Below are positions 41,078 to 50,876 of a DNA stretch of 64,000 bases, one piece after another. A program made the position numbers and the translations under genes. The DNA comes from Pseudorhodoferax sp. Lineage in GTDB: Bacteria; Pseudomonadota; Gammaproteobacteria; Burkholderiales; Burkholderiaceae_C. A model generated the notes under the pieces. The model saw nothing but the letters and a program-made list of their open reading frames with translations. It was not told where the DNA came from and did no database searches. The DNA is taken from NCBI GenBank assembly GCA_965279475.1, contig CBDIIA010000001.1, forward strand, positions 360,933 through 424,932, read 5' to 3'. Numbering within the stretch: the first letter of the stretch is position 1; each line of letters starts with the position of its first letter.

Positions 41078-41494
41078 TCAGCCTTCCTTTGGTGTGGCGG
41101 CCGGCACCGTGGTGCGATCCGGCACGGTAGCGCCCAGCAGGGCTGCGACCTGCTCGACGAAGCGCTCGGGCTCGATCGGCTTGGAAAGATAGCTATGGAA
41201 GCCGGCCCGCATGACCTGTTCGCGGTCGCCTGGCATGGAGAATGCGGTCAACGCCAGAACGGGAATGCCTGCGCTGCAGGGCGTGCGCTGCAGCGCCGCG
41301 AGCAGCGCGTAACCGTCCAGGACAGGCATCTGCAGGTCACTGATGATCAGGTCGGGCTGTTCCTGCAGCGCGAGGCGCAGTCCCTCGCCGCCATCGGTGG
41401 CCACCAGCACCTCGTAGCCTGCATGCGCCAGCAGGTAGCGGGCCAACTCCAGATTGGCGGCGTTGTCTTCGACGACGAGAATGCGGGCCGGCAT
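41078..41494 (-). CDS. Single-domain response regulator (CheY-like receiver)
   Basis: 138 aa; ILVVEDNAANLEL...DLQMPVLDG...K. Confidence 0.85.
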   Translation of the reverse strand: MPARILVVEDNAANLELARYLLAHAGYEVLVATDGGEGLRLALQEQPDLIISDLQMPVLDGYALLAALQRTPCSAGIPVLALTAFSMPGDREQVMRAGFHSYLSKPIEPERFVEQVAALLGATVPDRTTVPAATPKEG

Positions 41495-41496
41495 GC

Positions 41497-42984
41497 TCAG
41501 GCTCCCGGCAAGGTCAGCATGAATCGGCTGCCCCGGCCCGGCGCGCTGTCGACGACGATGTCGCCACCCAGCAGTTTGGCCAACTTGAGGCTGAGGTGGA
41601 GGCCCAGGCCGGTGCCTTCCGATTGCAGGCCGCTGCGCTGCCCGATGCGGCTGAACGCGCCGAACAGCTTGCCATGGTCAGCGGGCGCGATGCCTTCGCC
41701 GGTGTCTTCGACGGCGATGTCGGTCCGGACGTTGCCGGCCGCCGACGGCGTTTGCGTCAGGCAAATCCGTACCCGGCCTGCGGGCGTGAACTTGATGGCG
41801 TTGCTCGTCAGGTTGATGACGATCTGGCTCAATGCGCGGCGGTCCGTCAGCAGGCCGCATTCCACGGTGGGTGTTGCGAGTTCGAACACCAGCCCCTTCA
41901 GCTCTGCTTGCGGACGCAAGGTGGCCGCCACATCTTCCAGCACGGTGCGGCAGTCGATGCGCTCGAGTTGCAGCTCCACCTTGCCGGCCTCGATCTTGGC
42001 AACATCGAGCAGGTCGTTGATCAGGGCCAGCAGGTGACGTGCGCTGCCCTGCACGGTGCGCAGCTGCTTGTCCTGGTCCACCGTCAGCGGGCCGGGCAGC
42101 TTCATCAGCAGCGTGCCGGTGAAGCCGATGATGGCATTCAGCGGCGTGCGCAGTTCATGGCTCATGCCGGCGAGAAAACGGTCTTTCGCCTGGTTGGCCT
42201 TGGCCAGTTCGAGGTTCTTCTCCTGGAGTGTCTTCTCGAAGTTCTTGCGCTCGCTGATGTCGCGGATTGCGCTCATGACGAATGCGCTCTCCTCGGTGTG
42301 GAGAGGGCTGAGGCTGATCTCGATCGGGAACTCGGTGCCGTCCTTGCGCCTGCCCGCCAGATCGAGTCCCGAACCCATGGCGCGTTTGTGGGGTTGGAAG
42401 AGGTAGTTGGAGCGGTGGCCCACGTGCGCCTTGCGGTAGCGCTCCGGCAGCAACAGGTCGACCGATTTCCCGAGCAGTTCGCCTGCCGCGTAGCCAAACA
42501 GTTTTTCAGCCTGGCTGTTGGCAATGACGATGTGGCCGGTCGGATTGGCCATCACGATCCCGTCGGGGGTCGACTCCAGCAGGTCACGGAATCGCGCTTC
42601 CATCAGTCTCGCGTCGCGCATCACCTTGATGGGTGTCACGTCCTTCTCGACCAGCAGGATCAGCGGCGCGGCACCGCCCGGCGTCGACATGCGCCTGGCG
42701 GAGACATCGGCATACAGGAGCGATCCATCCTTTCTGCGGCGAACCGATTCGTAGGTCACGTTGCCGTTGCGCAGCGCTTCCTGCATGCGCAGGGCGTGTT
42801 CGTGCGCGTGTGTCGGCGGAACGATCAACTCGACCAGTTTGTGCTGCGCGACCTCGGTTTCTGCGTAGCCGTAGACGTTGAGCGCCCCGAGGCTCCAATA
42901 GACCACGACGCCATCGCCGGTCGTCACGATCGCTGCATCGGGGAACTCGGTCCTTAACAGGTCGATGACATCGAACGGCTGCAT
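41497..42984 (-). CDS. PAS-domain sensor histidine kinase (cytoplasmic)
   Basis: PAS repeats, H-box HELRTPLNAI, HATPase_c. ATG at 42984 with AGAGG Shine-Dalgarno. Confidence 0.85.
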   Translation of the reverse strand: MQPFDVIDLLRTEFPDAAIVTTGDGVVVYWSLGALNVYGYAETEVAQHKLVELIVPPTHAHEHALRMQEALRNGNVTYESVRRRKDGSLLYADVSARRMSTPGGAAPLILLVEKDVTPIKVMRDARLMEARFRDLLESTPDGIVMANPTGHIVIANSQAEKLFGYAAGELLGKSVDLLLPERYRKAHVGHRSNYLFQPHKRAMGSGLDLAGRRKDGTEFPIEISLSPLHTEESAFVMSAIRDISERKNFEKTLQEKNLELAKANQAKDRFLAGMSHELRTPLNAIIGFTGTLLMKLPGPLTVDQDKQLRTVQGSARHLLALINDLLDVAKIEAGKVELQLERIDCRTVLEDVAATLRPQAELKGLVFELATPTVECGLLTDRRALSQIVINLTSNAIKFTPAGRVRICLTQTPSAAGNVRTDIAVEDTGEGIAPADHGKLFGAFSRIGQRSGLQSEGTGLGLHLSLKLAKLLGGDIVVDSAPGRGSRFMLTLPGA

Positions 42985-43097
42985 GATGCGCCTCTGTTGC
43001 TTCCTGTAGCGACGCATTCTGCGCGCCGTGCCTCGAAGCATTGTGTACGGACTGTGACGGAACCTCAAGTGGGCCGACCGCCCGCATCATTCGGTAT

Positions 43098-44060
43098 CTA
43101 TCCGATCAGCCGGCGTATCCTGCTTGCCGCCATGTCGTCGACAGGGGCCAGATTGGCGAGCGTGCCGATCGCGCGTTCCTTCAGCCGCAGCGCATTGGGC
43201 AGCGGCGTGGAGCGGCGCAGCACGTCCTCGGCCAGCCACAGCGCGCTCTTGCGGCCGCGTGCCGCCACCACGGGCAGCGGCAACTGCTGGTAGTCGTCGT
43301 TGAAGACCTCGAAGCTGTAGTCGCCGCGGTAGCCCAGGCGGTCGAGCCGCAGCACCAGGTCGGCCAGCTGCGCGCTGTGCACGCCTTCGCCGGGGAACAC
43401 GCGGAAGCTGCGCGCCGTGCGCATGCGTTCCTCGAAGGTGCGGGTCTCCTGCCACATGAAGTCGGCCAGCTGCACCAGGAAGATCTTGGCCGGGTCGAGG
43501 TAGTCGATCTCCTCCAGCGAAGTCTTCGCCGCGAAGATGTGGAACGAGTCCAGGCCCAGGCCGAGGTTGGGGCAGTCGGCCCGGCAGACCACGTCCCACG
43601 CCGTGGTGAACTCGTTGACGGTGCGGCCCCAGGACAGGCCTTCGTAGGCGATGCGGATGCCCAGCGGCACGGCCAGCATCGCCAGCTTGCGCAGGTCGCG
43701 GGCGATCAGGTCGATATCCTGCGTGGCGTGGGTCGAGGTCGACGAGCAGGCCAGCAGCACCTTGCAGTCGAGTGCGGCGCACATCTGCAGCATGGCCTTG
43801 GCGATGTCGACCTTGTAGTCGTGCAGGTGGCCCGACAGGCCCTCGAAGTCGCGCAGCACCTGGAACCCCGTGCCGCGCAACCCGCTCGCCCGCACCTCCG
43901 CCACTGCGGCCTCGATGCCGCCGGGGTGGCCGACCACGTCATTGGCCTTCAGCATCACCTGCTCGAACCCGGCGTCGCGCATCGCCCGCAGCTTGGCCGC
44001 CAGCGGCCCGGCCAGCGTGATCGTGTCCATGCCGAAGCCCTGGATCGGATGCGCGTTCAT
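43098..44060 (-). CDS. Xylose-isomerase-like TIM-barrel protein (sugar phosphate isomerase/epimerase; 3-dehydroshikimate dehydratase QuiC N-domain-like)
   Basis: 320 aa TIM-barrel family. ATGA overlap with the upstream HPPD-like gene. Confidence 0.7.
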   Translation of the reverse strand: MNAHPIQGFGMDTITLAGPLAAKLRAMRDAGFEQVMLKANDVVGHPGGIEAAVAEVRASGLRGTGFQVLRDFEGLSGHLHDYKVDIAKAMLQMCAALDCKVLLACSSTSTHATQDIDLIARDLRKLAMLAVPLGIRIAYEGLSWGRTVNEFTTAWDVVCRADCPNLGLGLDSFHIFAAKTSLEEIDYLDPAKIFLVQLADFMWQETRTFEERMRTARSFRVFPGEGVHSAQLADLVLRLDRLGYRGDYSFEVFNDDYQQLPLPVVAARGRKSALWLAEDVLRRSTPLPNALRLKERAIGTLANLAPVDDMAASRIRRLIG

Positions 44061-44965
44061 GGCTTGTCGCTGTGGACGAGTTCGAAGACGACCGAGCCCA
44101 GGTAGGTCTTGGTGATGGCGCCGCGGCTCTCGGTGTGGGCCGCCTGCGTCTCGACGAACTCGACGCCGTTCTGTCGCAGTGCGGCCACCGCCGCCAGCAC
44201 GTCGGGCACGCCCAGGCCGATGCGCTGCAGCCGCTCGTCGGTGTCCTGCACATTGGGCTCAGGCTCGATCAGCTGCAGCATGAAGCTGTTGGCGTCGTCC
44301 AGCGCCGGGCTGCGCATCAGCGTGCCCTTGGGCATGATGCCGAAGCGCATCGCGTCGGGGATCAGTTCCATGCCGAACAGCTCGCGGTAGAACTCGATCC
44401 AGTCGTAGCTGCGGTCCAGGCCGATGTACTGCACCACGCCGAAGAAATGCAGGCCCGCCGTGGCCGCCGGGCGCGGGTCGACCGAAGGGATCGGCAGGAA
44501 GTCGACGTCGTAGATCGAGAACTCGCGCCAGCGGTCGACGAAGTAGATGCGGCTGCCACCGGCGCCGTGGATCGCCGGGATGTTGAGCTCCATCACCTCG
44601 GCATGGGTCGGCACCTCCCAGGCGCCGCGCTCGCGCACGTACTGGTAGGCCGCGCGCGCGTCGCGCACCCGCAGCGCCACGGCCGACAGCACCGGCGATT
44701 CGCTACCGTGGCCCGCGCCCTGCACCTCGGTGGGGTGCGCGTTGACCACGATGTTGAGGCCGCCCTGGCGGTACAGCTGCACCTCGCGCGAGCGGTGCCG
44801 CGCCACCGGCTTGAAGCCCATCATCTCCAGCACCTGACCGAGCGCCTGCGGCTTGGGCGTCGCGTATTCGATGAACTCGACGCCATCCAGCCCCAGCGGG
44901 TTGGCAGCATCGCTGAAGGACGCCTGCAAGGGCTCGCGGCGGGCATCCAGCAACAGGTCGCTCAT
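44057..44965 (-). CDS. 4-hydroxyphenylpyruvate-dioxygenase-like VOC-family protein (QuiC C-domain-like)
   Basis: Two VOC/glyoxalase-like repeats typical of HPPD-like domains. Confidence 0.7.
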   Translation of the reverse strand: MSDLLLDARREPLQASFSDAANPLGLDGVEFIEYATPKPQALGQVLEMMGFKPVARHRSREVQLYRQGGLNIVVNAHPTEVQGAGHGSESPVLSAVALRVRDARAAYQYVRERGAWEVPTHAEVMELNIPAIHGAGGSRIYFVDRWREFSIYDVDFLPIPSVDPRPAATAGLHFFGVVQYIGLDRSYDWIEFYRELFGMELIPDAMRFGIMPKGTLMRSPALDDANSFMLQLIEPEPNVQDTDERLQRIGLGVPDVLAAVAALRQNGVEFVETQAAHTESRGAITKTYLGSVVFELVHSDKP

Positions 44966-44999
44966 GGTTCGGACTCCTTGTGAGGTGCCTGGACGGTGC

Positions 45000-45782
45000 T
45001 CAGACGGTGGACGGCGCGGCTTCGTGTGGTGCCGGTGCGGCCGTCGCCGCGCCGCCGAGGAACAAGCGCTCGATGTGTGGGTCGGCCAGCAGCGCGGACG
45101 CCGGCTTCTGCAGAACCAGGCGGCCCGATTCGAGCGCGATCGCTTCGTCGGAGATCTTCAGCGCGCTCTTCACGTTCTGCTCGACCATCAGCACCGTCGT
45201 GCCCTGGTCGGCCAGGCGGCGCAGCAGCTTGAACACGTCGCCCACGACGATCGGCGACAGGCCGATGCTGGGCTCGTCGATCAGCAGCACCTTGGGCCGC
45301 AGCAGCAGCGCGCGGCCGATCTCCAGCTGCTTCTGCTCGCCGCCCGACAGCGCCGAGGCCTGCGAATGCAGCCGCTCCTTCACGCGCGGAAAGAACTCCA
45401 GCACTTCGGGGATGCGCGCGTGGGTCGTCTTCGTGCCGAGCGTGATGCCGCCCAGCTCCAGGTTCTGCCACACGGTCAGCTGCGGAAACAGGTTGCGGCC
45501 CTGCGGCACGAAGGCGATGCCCCGGGCCAGCAGCGCCTTCTGCGAGGCGCCGCCGATGTCCGCGCCATCGAGCAGCACGCGGCCCTGGCGCGGTTTGAGC
45601 AGGCCGAACAGCGTCTTCAGCACCGTCGACTTGCCCGCGCCGTTGGGGCCGAGCAGCAGCGTGATGGACCCCGTCTTCGCCTCGAAGCTCAGGTTGTTCA
45701 GGATCATGAAATCCTTGTAGCCGGCGACGACGTCGTCGAATGCGATGCAGGTGTTGCTCATGTCATGCACCCAGATAGGCAT
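45000..45782 (-). CDS. Branched-chain-amino-acid-type ABC transporter ATP-binding protein (LivF-like)
   Basis: Walker A GPNGAGKST, LSGGEQ signature. Alternative ATG at 45761. Confidence 0.85.
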   Translation of the reverse strand: MPIWVHDMSNTCIAFDDVVAGYKDFMILNNLSFEAKTGSITLLLGPNGAGKSTVLKTLFGLLKPRQGRVLLDGADIGGASQKALLARGIAFVPQGRNLFPQLTVWQNLELGGITLGTKTTHARIPEVLEFFPRVKERLHSQASALSGGEQKQLEIGRALLLRPKVLLIDEPSIGLSPIVVGDVFKLLRRLADQGTTVLMVEQNVKSALKISDEAIALESGRLVLQKPASALLADPHIERLFLGGAATAAPAPHEAAPSTV

Positions 45783-46521
45783 CGAGGACCTGCTTGTTCG
45801 CGCGTATTTCCGCCGGCGTGCCGATGGCCATCACGCGGCCCTCGACCATCACCATGATGCGGTGGCACAGGTCCATCACGAAGTCCATGTTGTGCTCGAT
45901 CACGACGAAGCTGCTCCTGCGGGTGGCGGCGGCGTCGCGGTTCAGGTCCTTCAGCAGCGTGCCGATGCCGCCGACCAGGCTGGGGTTGACGCCGGCGCAG
46001 GGCTCGTCGAGCAGCACCAGCGCGGGTTCGCTCATGAAGGCCATCGCGATGTCGACCAGCTTCTGCTGGCCGTAGCTGAGTTCGCCAGCCTTCTTGTCGG
46101 CGACGTGGCGGATGCGGAAGCGGTCGATCAGCGCATCGGCCCTGGCGCCCAGGCCCGAGTCGCCGGGCGCGAACATGCGGCCGAACATCGTGCCGCGGTG
46201 CTCCTGCGCGGCGACGATCAGGTTGTCGCGCACTGTCATCTTGCCGAACACCTGCAGCGTCTGGAAGGTGCGGCCCACACCCTTGCGGTTGAGCTGCAGC
46301 GGGCCGAGCCGCGTCACGTCCTCGCCGTTGAGCTCGATGCGCCCGCCGTCGGGCGTGATCTGGCCCAGCATGCTGTTGAACAGCGTGGTCTTGCCCGAGC
46401 CGTTGGGGCCGATCACGCCGAAGATCTCGCCCGGCTCCACATGGAAGCTGACGCCGCCCACGGCCTGGATCGCGCCGTAGGACTTCTTCAGGTCGGTGAC
46501 CTTCAGCAGCGCCGTGCTCAT
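45763..46521 (-). CDS. ABC transporter ATP-binding protein (LivG-like)
   Basis: GPNGSGKTT, LSYGQQK. Internal ATG in frame within ORF 45763..47541. Confidence 0.85.
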   Translation of the reverse strand: MSTALLKVTDLKKSYGAIQAVGGVSFHVEPGEIFGVIGPNGSGKTTLFNSMLGQITPDGGRIELNGEDVTRLGPLQLNRKGVGRTFQTLQVFGKMTVRDNLIVAAQEHRGTMFGRMFAPGDSGLGARADALIDRFRIRHVADKKAGELSYGQQKLVDIAMAFMSEPALVLLDEPCAGVNPSLVGGIGTLLKDLNRDAAATRRSSFVVIEHNMDFVMDLCHRIMVMVEGRVMAIGTPAEIRANKQVLDAYLGA

Positions 46522-47522
46522 CGCGTTGCGCCTGTGGTCTGCGCCAGCGGCACGGCGGCCGCGCGGGCGGCGCTGGCCTCCTTGGACTGGCGCCGCGCCT
46601 TCAGGCGGTCGGGCAGGCTCAGCAGGCCGTCGGGCAGCCAGACCATCAGCACGATGACGGCGGCGCCGAACAGCGGCAGATACCAGTTGGCCACGCCGGG
46701 CACATCGCGGATCCACTCGGGCACGACCACGCCCATCGCCGCGCCCAGCACCGGCCCGAAGAAGTAGCCCGGCCCGCCCAGTACCACCATCAGGTACATC
46801 ATGATCGACGCGCTGACGGCGAACGGCGCCGGCTCGATGAACTGCACGAGCGACGCGAACAATGCACCGGCCACGCCCGCATAGGCCGCGCCGATCGCGA
46901 ACGACAGCAGCGTGTAGCGGCGGATGTCGATACCCAGGCTCTCGGCGCGGATCGGGTTGTCGCGCAGCGCGGTGAAGGCCTTGCCCCAGGGCGAGCGCAG
47001 CAGGCCCAGCAGCAGCAGCGACAGCAGCACCGTCGTGCCGAGCACGAAGTAGTAGTAGGGCAGGTTGCCGTCGAGCGCGATGCCGAGGAAGCCCGGCCGC
47101 GCGACGTTGTTGATGCCGAAGGTGCCGCCGGTCAGCCACTCTTCGTTGCGCATCACCAGCCACACGGCGGTGTTGAAACCGAGCGTCGCGAACGCGAGGT
47201 AGATGGTCTGCACCCGCAGCGCCGGAAACCCGAGCACCAGGCCGGCCACGAAGCACAGCAGCGCGGCGGCCGGCATGCCGATCCACCAGCTGATGCCGGC
47301 CTTCAGCAGGATCGCGACGGTGTAGGCGCCGATGCCGAAGAACGCCGCGTGGCCGAGCGACTTCTGCCCCGCGTAGCCGATCGTCAGGTTGAGCCCCATC
47401 GTCGCCAGCACGAACACCAGCCAGTAGGTCAGCAGGTAGATGCCGTAGTTCTTCAGGAACAGCGGCGTGGCCAGCAGCAGCACGGCCGAGACGGCGGCGA
47501 TGGCAACGGAGGTTTTTCTCAT
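46518..47522 (-). CDS. ABC transporter permease (LivM-like)
   Basis: Polytopic LivM-like sequence. ATG (MRKTSV) 9 nt after GGAAGG. Confidence 0.8.
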   Translation of the reverse strand: MRKTSVAIAAVSAVLLLATPLFLKNYGIYLLTYWLVFVLATMGLNLTIGYAGQKSLGHAAFFGIGAYTVAILLKAGISWWIGMPAAALLCFVAGLVLGFPALRVQTIYLAFATLGFNTAVWLVMRNEEWLTGGTFGINNVARPGFLGIALDGNLPYYYFVLGTTVLLSLLLLGLLRSPWGKAFTALRDNPIRAESLGIDIRRYTLLSFAIGAAYAGVAGALFASLVQFIEPAPFAVSASIMMYLMVVLGGPGYFFGPVLGAAMGVVVPEWIRDVPGVANWYLPLFGAAVIVLMVWLPDGLLSLPDRLKARRQSKEASAARAAAVPLAQTTGATR

Positions 47523-47670
47523 CGCAGCCATCCTTCCGCAAGATCCGCGTCGCAGGTGTGTCGCATGGCCCGATGCCAGAAACACCGCGGAACCCGCTTC
47601 GCCGGGCCGCTGGTGTTGCCCCCTTGAGGGGGGATTCGGCTACACGCAGTGAGCAAGAAACGGGGGTGGG

Positions 47671-48546
47671 TCATACCTTGCGCTCCTCTTTCTTGCCCAG
47701 GAGGCCTTGCGGCTTGAAGAGGATCACGACCATGAAGATCACCAGCGCCACCGCGTCCTTGTAGGCCGGCGAGATGTAGGCCGCGGCCAGGTTCTCGCTG
47801 ACGCCGACGATCACGCCGCCCAGCAGTGCGCCGCGCGAATTGTTGAAGCCGCCGATGATGGCCGCGAAGAAGGCCTTGGTGCCCAGGCCCTCGCCCATGT
47901 CGAACTTGGCCAGGTAGGTCGGCGTCACCAGCAGCGCGGCGGCGCAGGCCAGCACCGCGTTGATGGCGAAGGTGTAGAAGATCATGCGCGGCACGTCGAT
48001 GCCCAGCACCGAGGCCGACTCGGTGTTCTGCGCCACCGCCTGCATCGCGCGGCCGGTGACGGTGCGCGCCAGGAAGGCCTGCGTGCCCGAGACGATCAGC
48101 AGCGCCAGCACCAGCGTGCCGACGTCGGCCACGCTGACCGTGACCCCGCCCACCTTCAGCAGCTGTTCGCCGAACATGCCCGGGAACGGGTGCGCCTCGG
48201 CGCTGTAGCCGGCACGCAGGCCGTTGCGCATCACGATGCCCAGGCCGATGGTGGCGACCACGATCGGCATCATGCCGAAGCGCAGCAGCGGGTCGACCAC
48301 GGCGCGCTTGAAGACCCAGCCCAGCACCAGCACCGACGCGATCGCGGCCAGCAGGAAACTCACCGGCAGCGGCGCGCCGAAGTGCAGGAAGGCCAGCATC
48401 ATGAAGGCCGGCAGCATCACGAACTCGCCCTGGGCGAAGTTGATCGTGCCGGCTGCCTGCCACAGCAGCGTGAAGCCGAGCGCGGCCAGCCCGTAGATGC
48501 TGCCGGTGGCCAGGCCGCTGAAGAACAGTTGCAGAAAGTCGGTCAT
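47671..48546 (-). CDS. ABC transporter permease (LivH-like)
   Basis: 291 aa polytopic permease. Confidence 0.85.
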   Translation of the reverse strand: MTDFLQLFFSGLATGSIYGLAALGFTLLWQAAGTINFAQGEFVMLPAFMMLAFLHFGAPLPVSFLLAAIASVLVLGWVFKRAVVDPLLRFGMMPIVVATIGLGIVMRNGLRAGYSAEAHPFPGMFGEQLLKVGGVTVSVADVGTLVLALLIVSGTQAFLARTVTGRAMQAVAQNTESASVLGIDVPRMIFYTFAINAVLACAAALLVTPTYLAKFDMGEGLGTKAFFAAIIGGFNNSRGALLGGVIVGVSENLAAAYISPAYKDAVALVIFMVVILFKPQGLLGKKEERKV

Positions 48547-48596
48547 TGGTCTTGCTCCCTATCCCCTTGCGGGAGAGGGTCGGGGAGAGGGGTTGC

Positions 48597-49769
48597 TTAC
48601 TTCTTCGCCGCGGCGCCGAGCGGCGGCAGCGTGGCGACGACCTCCTGCTTGCCGCCCTTGACCTCGACCATGAAGCTGTCGCGGTCGAGGTCGCCCTTGT
48701 CGTCGAACGCCACGTCGAGGATGACGCCCGGGTACTTGGCGGCGCTGATCTTCAGGCCCTTCATCGCCTGCGCCACGGCCTTGCGGTCGAGCTTGCCGGC
48801 CTTCTCGATCGCGGCCTTCAGCGTGTAGACGCCGGTGTAGCCCTTGATGCCGTTGTGGTCCGAGATGTACTTGTAGTCCTGGTAGAAGGTGGCCTTGAAC
48901 TTCAGCATCGCCGGGATCGGCGCGTCCACCGTCAGGCCCACGTGGGCCACGGCGCCGTTGGCGGCGTCGCCGGCGAGTTCGATGACCTTCTGGCCGGTGA
49001 GCGTGGTCTCGCCGATGACGGGCTTGTCCCAGCCCTGCTTCTTCAGCTCGCGCAGCGCACGGGCCGATTCTTCCTCGTTGGTGTAGACGAAGGCGGCGTC
49101 GGCGCCGCTGTTCTTCGCACGCAGCACGGCGGCCGACCAGTCGACCTGGCCGGGTTCGGTCGAGATCTCGGCGGCGATCTTCGTCGGTGAACCGGCCAGC
49201 GCCTTCTTGATCATGTCGAGCCCGCCCTTGCCGAAGTCGTTGTTGACGTAGAGCACGGCGAGGCTCTTCGACTTGGTGGTGATGTACTTCGCCACCTTGG
49301 GCATCGCGCTGGCCTGCGTGAAGCTGGTGCGGAACACGTAGGGGTTGCCCTGCTCGGTGATGCTGGCGGCCTCGCCACCGGTCCAGTTGGGCACCTCGGC
49401 ACGGCGGCTCTCGGCCATGCTGACCATGATCGAGCCCGAGAACACCGGGCCGAAGATCGCGAACACGTCGTTGTCGATGGCCTTCTGCGTCAGGCCCTTG
49501 GCGATGCCGGGGTTGCTCTGCGTGTCGGCTGTGGTGGTCTCGATCTTCTTGCCGAGGATGCCGCCGGCGGCGTTGATCTCCTTCACGGCCAACTCGACGC
49601 CGTTCTTGAAGTTGGTGCCGGCCGTCGCGCCGCCGCCGGACAGCTCGACGATGTTGGCTATTCTGATCGTGGATTGCGCGAACGCGGCACCGCTCAGGGC
49701 GACGGTGGCCACAGCGCAAAGCGCCAGCGCATGGAACGCGAAGCGGCGGGTGGTGGTCGGTTGGGGCAT
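48597..49769 (-). CDS. Periplasmic substrate-binding protein (LivK/cluster-4 family)
   Basis: Signal peptide plus type-I periplasmic binding fold. First gene of the transporter operon. Confidence 0.85.
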   Translation of the reverse strand: MPQPTTTRRFAFHALALCAVATVALSGAAFAQSTIRIANIVELSGGGATAGTNFKNGVELAVKEINAAGGILGKKIETTTADTQSNPGIAKGLTQKAIDNDVFAIFGPVFSGSIMVSMAESRRAEVPNWTGGEAASITEQGNPYVFRTSFTQASAMPKVAKYITTKSKSLAVLYVNNDFGKGGLDMIKKALAGSPTKIAAEISTEPGQVDWSAAVLRAKNSGADAAFVYTNEEESARALRELKKQGWDKPVIGETTLTGQKVIELAGDAANGAVAHVGLTVDAPIPAMLKFKATFYQDYKYISDHNGIKGYTGVYTLKAAIEKAGKLDRKAVAQAMKGLKISAAKYPGVILDVAFDDKGDLDRDSFMVEVKGGKQEVVATLPPLGAAAKK

Positions 49770-49806
49770 GGCAGGTCTCCTCGAGGTTGGGTTGGGGTCA
49801 GGAAAA

Positions 49807-50736
49807 TCAGGCGGGTGTGCGGGTCTCGGCCAGCAGCTCCGGCGGCACCATCAGCGCCCGCAGGAAACCGGCGTCGCGCCGCACCCGTTCGGCGGCGTCG
49901 TGCCAGCCGAAGAAGTCGAGGTAGGGCGGGGTCTGCTGGATCAGCATCTCGAAGCCGGGCTGGGCCACCAGGCCGCGGGCCCGTGCGGCGCGCACCAGCG
50001 GCGTCGGCTGGTTCTTCATCAGGATGTCGACCAGCGCGGCATGCGGCGCGATGCGGGCCACGTCGCAGGGCAGTGGGTCGTGCGCCTGCAGGCCGAGCGG
50101 CGAGGCATTGACCACCAGGTCATAGCCCGCGGGGTCGTTGCCGGCCACCGCATGCACCGGTACCGGGGCGGCCGCGGCGATGCGCGCCGCGACCGCCTGC
50201 GCTTTGCCGGGCACCGGGTCGACCAGCGCGATCTCGGCGCAGGCCTCTGGGCCGGCCAGCGCCAGCGAGGCCGCGATCGCCGATGCGCCCCCGCCGGCGC
50301 CGAGGATCAACGCCCGACGGCCCGCATACGGGATGCCGAAATGCGCCAGGCTGCCCCGAAAGCCCTCGCCGTCGAACAGCGCGCCTTCCAGGCTGCCGTC
50401 CGGCCGGCGGCGCACCGCGTTGACCGCGCCGGCCACGCGGCCGATGGTGCTGCAGTGGTCGAGCAGGTCGACCATCGGCGCCTTGTGCGGGATCGCCACC
50501 CACAGGCCCTTGATGTTGCCGGCCTGGAACACGGTGCGCACGAAGGTCGGCAGGTCGTTTGGCGCCACCTGCGCGGGCACCAGCACGGCGTTGATGCCGA
50601 GCAGCGCGAACACGCGGTTGAAGGTCTGCGGGGCGCGCACCTGCTCGACCGGGTCGCCGACGATCAGATAGACCTCGGTGGCGCCATCGATGGTCGGCAC
50701 CAGGGCATCGGAGGCGGAGGAAGCAACAGCGGGCAT
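49807..50736 (-). CDS. Shikimate/quinate 5-dehydrogenase-family protein (AroE/YdiB-like)
   Basis: Rossmann motif GAGGGASAIA. ATG at 50736; the track ORF begins at an upstream GTG (50784). Confidence 0.7.
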   Translation of the reverse strand: MPAVASSASDALVPTIDGATEVYLIVGDPVEQVRAPQTFNRVFALLGINAVLVPAQVAPNDLPTFVRTVFQAGNIKGLWVAIPHKAPMVDLLDHCSTIGRVAGAVNAVRRRPDGSLEGALFDGEGFRGSLAHFGIPYAGRRALILGAGGGASAIAASLALAGPEACAEIALVDPVPGKAQAVAARIAAAAPVPVHAVAGNDPAGYDLVVNASPLGLQAHDPLPCDVARIAPHAALVDILMKNQPTPLVRAARARGLVAQPGFEMLIQQTPPYLDFFGWHDAAERVRRDAGFLRALMVPPELLAETRTPA

Positions 50737-50876
50737 CGGCACGGGCGAATGGAGATTTCGGGCCTGAAATGTAGAGGCTGGCACCGCCCGTGCGCCGTTT
50801 TCGGCGATGATCCTGAACGAATACCGCGCAAATCAGTTCGATCATCGTACGGAACTAGGGTTTACACAGAGACGCC

